From Thermoplasmatota archaeon (GTDB lineage: Archaea > Thermoplasmatota > Penumbrarchaeia > Penumbrarchaeales > Penumbrarchaeaceae): 10,716 bases of DNA. The position numbers were made by a program, and so were the translations under genes. The DNA lies in NCBI GenBank assembly GCA_965234725.1, contig CBDDUX010000088.1:1-10716 (forward strand), given 5' to 3'. Under the pieces are notes generated by a model. That model had not been told where the DNA came from. It did not search any database and saw only the letters and a program-made list of their open reading frames with translations. Below, piece after piece: positions 8,401 to 10,716 of the stretch. Position 1 is the first letter of the stretch; each line of letters starts with the position of its first letter.

Positions 8401-10100
8401 AGTAATGCCTGGAGATAGGGAAAATCCTCACCTTCGATAATCCCCCATACATTGCTGAAATCCCATGATACATAGGTTACCCTGGATCTCATCTCGATCG
8501 TGGTCTTTCCCTCACCGCCTTCTGATTCGGTCTGTCCGGAGGTATCAATGTTCCAGTAACAGTGTTCGAACGATCCCTCTTTTTCACCTAGGGATTGATT
8601 GACTCCTACAAAGCCTCCGATATCATTTTCCGTATCGCCGACTTCACCGATGGAATAGCAATTGGATGCCGTCCCCCCATTATTGGATCCTATGAATCCC
8701 CCGACCTCCGCTGATCCGATAACGTTGGATACGGAGTAACAATTCTTGACCGGACCGTAATTATATCCCGCAAACCCGCCGACAGCCACTTTTGCTCCAG
8801 TTACATTCCCGGATGAGAAACATCCTATGATATTAGAATCGGTTTGAGTACCCCATCCCCCATATCCCCCCACAAATCCTCCAACATGATTGGCCCCGTA
8901 AACATCTCCCGTCGAAAAGCAATTTGCAATGTCACCAGTGGAGTGCCCCAACAAGCCTCCCACACTATCCCCCATTCCGCTGACTTCACCCGTTGAGTGA
9001 CTGTTCGAAACGTTACAATAATTATCGCCAATCAGTCCTCCAACAAAACCTCCTCCGTAAACATCTCCCGTCGAATAGCAATTTGCAATGTCACCAGTGG
9101 AGACCCCCAACAGGCCTCCTACTCGACCTTCCATTCCACGAATATCACCGGTGGAGTGACAATTTAAAACGTTACCTTCATTCCACCCTATCAGTCCTCC
9201 AACATAATCCGTTCCGTATACACTTCCCGTTGCGTAGCAATCCGAGATGCTCGCTTCGTTATTCCGTCCTATCAAACCACCACCTGCAACGTCAGAGTTC
9301 ACTTCACAGGTGGAGTAGGAATTGTTGATGAATCCACCGCCATTTGCACCTATCAATCCACCTGTGTAAAAACTGCCTGTAACAATACCTGTCGAGGAGC
9401 AATCTTCAACTTTGCCATTATTTACCCCGATCAAACCCCCAATATTATCCAAAGTGCCAAGATCATTCAGATTCACATCCGTGTGGCAATTGATCACAGA
9501 TCCCTGATCATTGGCTCCTACAAGGCCGCCCACACCACCCACACCGGAAACGCTTCCCTGGAAAAAGCAATTCGAGATCAACCCCTCATTATATCCAACC
9601 AGGCCTCCAACCGTGTACCCAACCGTATTATTCCCCTCTATTTCCAATCCCATCAATTCAAGATCCATGACCCGCCCCTCGGATCCAATATATCCGAACA
9701 ATCCGCTAGATGGTGATATGATGGAGGAATTTTCAAGATCATAGATGTAAATTCCCGAAATGGTGTGGCCATTTCCGCCCAAGCTGCCCGTGAACGGATG
9801 CTCTGTCCAACCAGATATATCATAAAACTTCTCGCCGATGGGGATGAAACCCGCACCATCGTTCCATGTTTTCGTTTCCGATGCATCGATGTCGTTTCCA
9901 AGAATAAAATGAGCACTCAGGTTTTCATTCATCGCCTGCAGATCCCACACGTCTTCAATGACATAGGGATCATTCACGGTCCCTGACCCCCCACCAAAGT
10001 CCCCATCTATGCCATCGACCCCTATCTGATCTATCATCGGGAATGATGATAGGAGCATGATCCCTATTAGTAAACACGCGATTACGGCCTTGTATCTCAT
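2445..10100 (-). CDS. Giant (2551 aa) secreted, C-terminally membrane-anchored RHS/YD-repeat protein with GLUG, PKD, CARDB, PPC-like, Ig-like and FN3-like domains
   Basis: Uninterrupted 7.6-kb ORF with AGGTGA SD. Signal peptide MRYKAVIACLLIGIMLLSS; VGGLIG (GLUG) repeats; PDLRVTSI...ERHRLNN (CARDB); many YD repeats; RHS core PFRFVGE...RARQYDPQTGRFTSMDPLG...NLYRYVHNSPTNLVDPEGL; PTANAGPDQ (PKD); C-terminal TM followed by KPRK. Confidence 0.95.
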   Translation of the reverse strand: MRYKAVIACLLIGIMLLSSFPMIDQIGVDGIDGDFGGGSGTVNDPYVIEDVWDLQAMNENLSAHFILGNDIDASETKTWNDGAGFIPIGEKFYDISGWTEHPFTGSLGGNGHTISGIYIYDLENSSIISPSSGLFGYIGSEGRVMDLELMGLEIEGNNTVGYTVGGLVGYNEGLISNCFFQGSVSGVGGVGGLVGANDQGSVINCHTDVNLNDLGTLDNIGGLIGVNNGKVEDCSSTGIVTGSFYTGGLIGANGGGFINNSYSTCEVNSDVAGGGLIGRNNEASISDCYATGSVYGTDYVGGLIGWNEGNVLNCHSTGDIRGMEGRVGGLLGVSTGDIANCYSTGDVYGGGFVGGLIGDNYCNVSNSHSTGEVSGMGDSVGGLLGHSTGDIANCFSTGDVYGANHVGGFVGGYGGWGTQTDSNIIGCFSSGNVTGAKVAVGGFAGYNYGPVKNCYSVSNVIGSAEVGGFIGSNNGGTASNCYSIGEVGDTENDIGGFVGVNQSLGEKEGSFEHCYWNIDTSGQTESEGGEGKTTIEMRSRVTYVSWDFSNVWGIIEGEDFPYLQALLNAQGARILSPKHIGTLVEGDSLRFRGSSSPDPNIGYLWTFGDDRTSSSKNPGLIQFSSPGTEDISYSFTLNRKEYLKKDTMSFDVIDGTPSFPDLRVTSINVPETLAIDETAAITYTVVNSEEATVTGETWKDSIYLSNDPYLDSMDMMLNSTIVSKNISKNGGYAWFLNITIPPLVEGPYYLIMSANDEWSFVERHRLNNEKEVTFNIAIPELKEGIEHNSEYPIGTLDQYYMIKLPSSKNIHLTLEGPDGLEMMVRHGDLPTRSKHDHHSDNGELSVQSAYSGKWYVLVHGDDMVDSGSFSIKFDVVELILEDVAPSRHIIGVPVDLILRGIGFAEPLQVIFVGSDGTNYEVPLVNVNTPNLIIAYVKGNLLPVDIYDTRVVRPGNGSSELKDSLEILEEGEAKFEASIDPGPWTGYHEHSIVYVEYANTGDISMRAPLLFLTAISGPDDRRGCMLTHDEARLEYGIWTAGMKAGTIPETPADLVPEGFQNELMILASGEIPGILQAGETRRIPIYYAGWEPPYPAFGSDLEWQLYIITEEDDNIMDWDGAKEKMIPEDISEDAWNVIWENFKNEIGPTYGDFIQTLNDNALHLYQFGQRIEDVDEILSLTLQQANGWTPYSSVYSRNDIGLDDPGLDLTLERYYPNSISRRFEEGDLGRGWMHNWQYSLEKEVDGTVKIKDNTGNVRIFQPNVRSYNAYMSQPGDWGKLKKTPLDNFILQEKYGNTLFFNSDGTLGYIEDTNGNSITCQYVDGSLGKLVHSSGSYIQISYNGDGLIDQITDSYDRTNTYSYDDGYLTSVEYFDGYNEVYYYDKTEGSPSEHALTGITPLGDSRIYITYNSHGAISSHYREEELERHTFVYGQGLVRITDLLGNTERFFHDHQGRVIRYDNALGDSYCVIYDGLGMIETITDPAGLSIEYDNFKGNIIEMKDRAGYEYQVKYDQELDLMERIIYPDGSSMGYDLDDNGNLIGIIHPDGSAETGSYDEKGNLITLTNRRGNTTSFSHDSKGRITSKRYTDGSEIVYNYDDRGNLISMEDSTGVTNYTYNSNDLLTHIDYPNGQWLSFTYDNARRRSASIDHLGNRINYDYDHAGRLEGLMTSTGIDIVKYEYDPLGRLSTKTLENGVYTTYGYDAAGRITKLANFKPDETVISWFRYTYDACGRIKNTSNREGNWHYSYDDRDQLVKAVFDPCRDPEAPAQDIEYNYDSMGNRVRTVLNGVEEFYQSNELNQYIMVGNVSYTYDSDGNLISEAGPNGTTTYTYNDDNRLISVSKGEDIWSYTYDGLGNRVSITENGNSSYLVVDPMGMGEVVGAYDENGTMMSRYIYGSDLVSMETGTGESYFYNFDLMGNTQELTDSTGASVNSYSYMPFGDIISEQGSVPNPFRFVGEKGVMTDTTGLVHMRARQYDPQTGRFTSMDPLGIGGNDLNLYRYVHNSPTNLVDPEGLFASAASNYVPWGTLAEGASSNFISSTDAQFVGAGVDIVTGVSTLLSLGTLAAVAPIAAPLLIGAAVVIAAVGIYKGIKFIASLFDFEPANTLTPLDPNHKECLMGIGPGNHVAEGTQLSYIVEFENMEEATAPAQIVTILDPLSEDLDWSTFEFTEIGFGDFALPLEPGTTYVDEVMEYSYKDDDYDMEIELHIIGEIDTTKGEVFVMIDSIDPITQLPPEVNIGFLPPEDDTGRGQGYFMYNIDPRSDLPSGTEIRNVATIQFNLGMEIDTNQIDPLDRSKGTSPDLEALVTIDAGPPESQVNALTEHEGQNFTVSWSGQDDEGGSGIAGYDIYLKENEEPWTLWLEGTNLTSSEFNGTVNSTYGFYSVATDYVGHREEKDQLSEAITTVSIISAPTANAGPDQTVEKGTNVTFDGSGSTDEIGIVTYTWTFNDGYEDVILDGVSPLHHFEIPGNYTITLNVTSNAGLWDTDTMVVTVVEVADQDDDDDDKDDDKENGFPYLLFVIVLVLVIILILGAVIIIIMVKPRKGLLDEE
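2478..2606 (-). other. C-terminal poly-Asp linker and transmembrane anchor of the giant protein
   Basis: DQDDDDDDKDDDKE (2565-2606), then FPYLLFVIVLVLVIILILGAVIIIIMV (2478-2558), then KPRK, which fits the positive-inside rule. Confidence 0.9.
2619..3173 (-). other. FN3-like domain (~2883-3173) followed by a PKD domain (~2619-2870)
   Basis: FTVSWSGQDDEGGSGIAGYDIY...YGFYSVATDYVGHRE (FN3-like) and APTANAGPDQTV...VTFDGSGSTD...YTWTF...PGNYTITLNVT (PKD). Boundaries are approximate. Confidence 0.75.
3174..3770 (-). other. DPNxK / YxxxFEN domain (DUF7619-like Ig-type domain)
   Basis: DPNHK...LSYIVEFENMEEATAPAQIVTILDPLSEDLDWSTF...GFLPP...GQGYFMYNI...IRNVATIQF. The family name is from memory of the DPNDK/YTIRFxN motif and needs an HMM check. 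Confidence 0.6.
4056..6520 (-). other. RHS/YD shell: DUF6531-like start, YD repeats, and RHS repeat-associated core with aspartyl autoprotease motif
   Basis: LTLERYY...GDLGRGWMHNW at the start; repeated YDxxGRL/YDxxGNL units; core DPLG (D1987, nt 4140-4142) and DPEGL (D2011-L2015, nt 4056-4070). Confidence 0.92.
7195..8390 (-). other. Stalk of beta-sandwich domains: PKD-like (~8145-8390), CARDB (~7765-8123), PPC-like (~7476-7765), IPT/TIG-like (~7195-7470)
   Basis: YLWTFGDD; PDLRVTSINVP...YTVVN...WKDSIYLSND...GPYYLIMSAN...NNE; YYMI...MVRHGDLPT...GKWYVLVHG; LEDVAPS...LILRGIGF...YDTRVV. Boundaries are approximate. Confidence 0.65.
8412..9998 (-). repeat. GLUG-motif repeat beta-helix (N-terminal adhesin-like domain, residues ~35-563)
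   Basis: Cap GSGTVNDPYVI...LQAM...LGNDID; ~26-28-aa repeats VGG(L/F)(I/V)GxNxGxIxNCYSTGxV; terminal cap WDFSNVW...PYL. Confidence 0.9.
8896..9213. repeat. Tandem 159-bp (53-codon) duplication within the GLUG region
   Basis: 8896-8960 vs 9055-9119 match at 61 of 65 nt; atcagtcctccaaca at 9031-9045 recurs at 9190-9204 with the same 159-nt offset. Confidence 0.85.
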
Positions 10101-10106
10101 ATGCTC

Positions 10107-10112
10107 TCACCT
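10107..10112 (-). promoter_or_regulatory. Archaeal-type Shine-Dalgarno (AGGTGA) of the giant RHS gene
   Basis: + strand tcacct at 10107-10112, 6 nt upstream of the ATG at 10100. Confidence 0.75.
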
Positions 10113-10148
10113 TGTTGCGATTGATTCGGGAAGCCAATTCTATCCTGC

Positions 10149-10436
10149 TCAGTTCTTTCTTATTGATGCTATCATCAGAGCTGTAGTCACAATGGTGCCG
10201 ATCAATAATGATATCTCGAAACCGTGACTATCGTCTTTGTCACAAGCTTCTTTCTCTGCATGATCGGAATGATCATAAGTCGTCTCCAATACAAGTGATG
10301 GATCGGTTGGTTTTTCAGATCCCTGATCGACATTTTTCGGAGGTGTACTATCATTTCCAACTGCCAATGGAATTGATATCAAGTATAGAAACAGACCTGT
10401 TGCTACCAGCATGATTGGAGCTTTTTGACATTTCAT
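10149..10436 (-). CDS. Small secreted protein with C-terminal TM anchor (PGF-CTERM-like, HGFE variant)
   Basis: Signal peptide MKCQKAPIMLVATGLFLYLISIPLAVG, acidic low-complexity middle, then HGFE-ISLLIGTIVTTALMIASI-RKN. Co-oriented, 48 nt upstream of the RHS gene; GAAGGA just upstream of its ATG. Confidence 0.7.
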   Translation of the reverse strand: MKCQKAPIMLVATGLFLYLISIPLAVGNDSTPPKNVDQGSEKPTDPSLVLETTYDHSDHAEKEACDKDDSHGFEISLLIGTIVTTALMIASIRKN

Positions 10437-10476
10437 ATATATCCTTCAAAATTGGTGGTATAATTGGAATATCAAC

Positions 10477-10524
10477 CATAAAAATCTTTTGTTTTACTAA
10501 AAAACGGCTCATTTTATATAAAAA
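10477..10524 (-). promoter_or_regulatory. TATA-like promoter candidates upstream of the small ORF/RHS pair
   Basis: Minus strand CAAAAGA-TTTTTATG (TATA-like at 10477-10484, 40 nt before the ATG at 10436) and palindromic TTTTATATAAAA at 10512-10523. The region is AT-rich, so chance matches are possible. Confidence 0.4.
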
Positions 10525-10716
10525 GATAATTAATCACATCATGTGAAGGATAATAGAAGTGTGGATGTTTTTCCCTTTTTACTTTGAATATATTTCTGAA
10601 TAAGATCAGTGTTAGGCCAGAATGTTTGGTAAACCATGTCGAATACGATTAATTACCTTTCGGGTGCAATCCCATTTATTAGGTAATTTTTCATAGCATC
10701 CAGAATGATAGTACCA

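Noticed and set aside
2352..9986. Many + strand ORFs and short alternative-frame minus ORFs overlapping the giant gene (e.g. 2352-2714, 2907-3215, 5121-5444, 8098-8418, 8993-9328)
   Set aside because: Antisense or out-of-frame shadows of a well-supported CDS, with no recognisable motifs.
10208..10414. + strand 68-aa ORF
   Set aside because: Antisense to the better-supported signal-peptide/TM ORF.
10612..10716. Possible 3' end of an upstream minus-strand gene (GTIILDAMKNYLINGIAPER* ending 10653, or WYYHSGC...LPNILA* ending 10612)
   Set aside because: Two frames are open from the window edge and both are too short to choose between or identify.
1..10716. CRISPR array, tRNA/rRNA, transposase/integrase, intein or HINT domain, T6SS PAAR/VgrG
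   Set aside because: No repeat-spacer periodicity or diagnostic motifs seen. The RHS protein has a Sec-type signal peptide rather than a PAAR domain.

Overview
All supported genes in this window lie on the minus strand, and the source is probably an archaeon. That call rests on GGTGA-type Shine-Dalgarno sites, BRE/TATA-like promoters, an ApcT-like permease, and a D-rich linker + TM + basic tail of the kind I associate with Thermoplasmatota surface proteins; the taxonomy is inference. In transcription order the genes are: (1) a 95-aa secreted protein with a C-terminal anchor resembling a PGF-CTERM signal; (2) a 2551-aa surface protein; (3) a predicted lipoprotein; (4) a universal stress protein; (5) the 5' part of an ApcT-like APC amino-acid permease. 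The giant protein runs signal peptide, GLUG beta-helix, PKD, CARDB, PPC-like, IPT/Ig-like, RHS/YD shell with an intact DPxG..DPxGL autoprotease motif, a 95-aa hydrophobic segment, a DPNxK domain, FN3-like, PKD, poly-Asp, and a C-terminal TM anchor. The main point of interest is that this RHS protein does not end in a toxin tip followed by an immunity gene. Instead, 536 residues follow the predicted cleavage site, starting with a membrane-active-looking peptide and ending in a membrane anchor. This suggests a surface-tethered, self-cleaving RHS device. Domain names come from motif recognition, not database searches.
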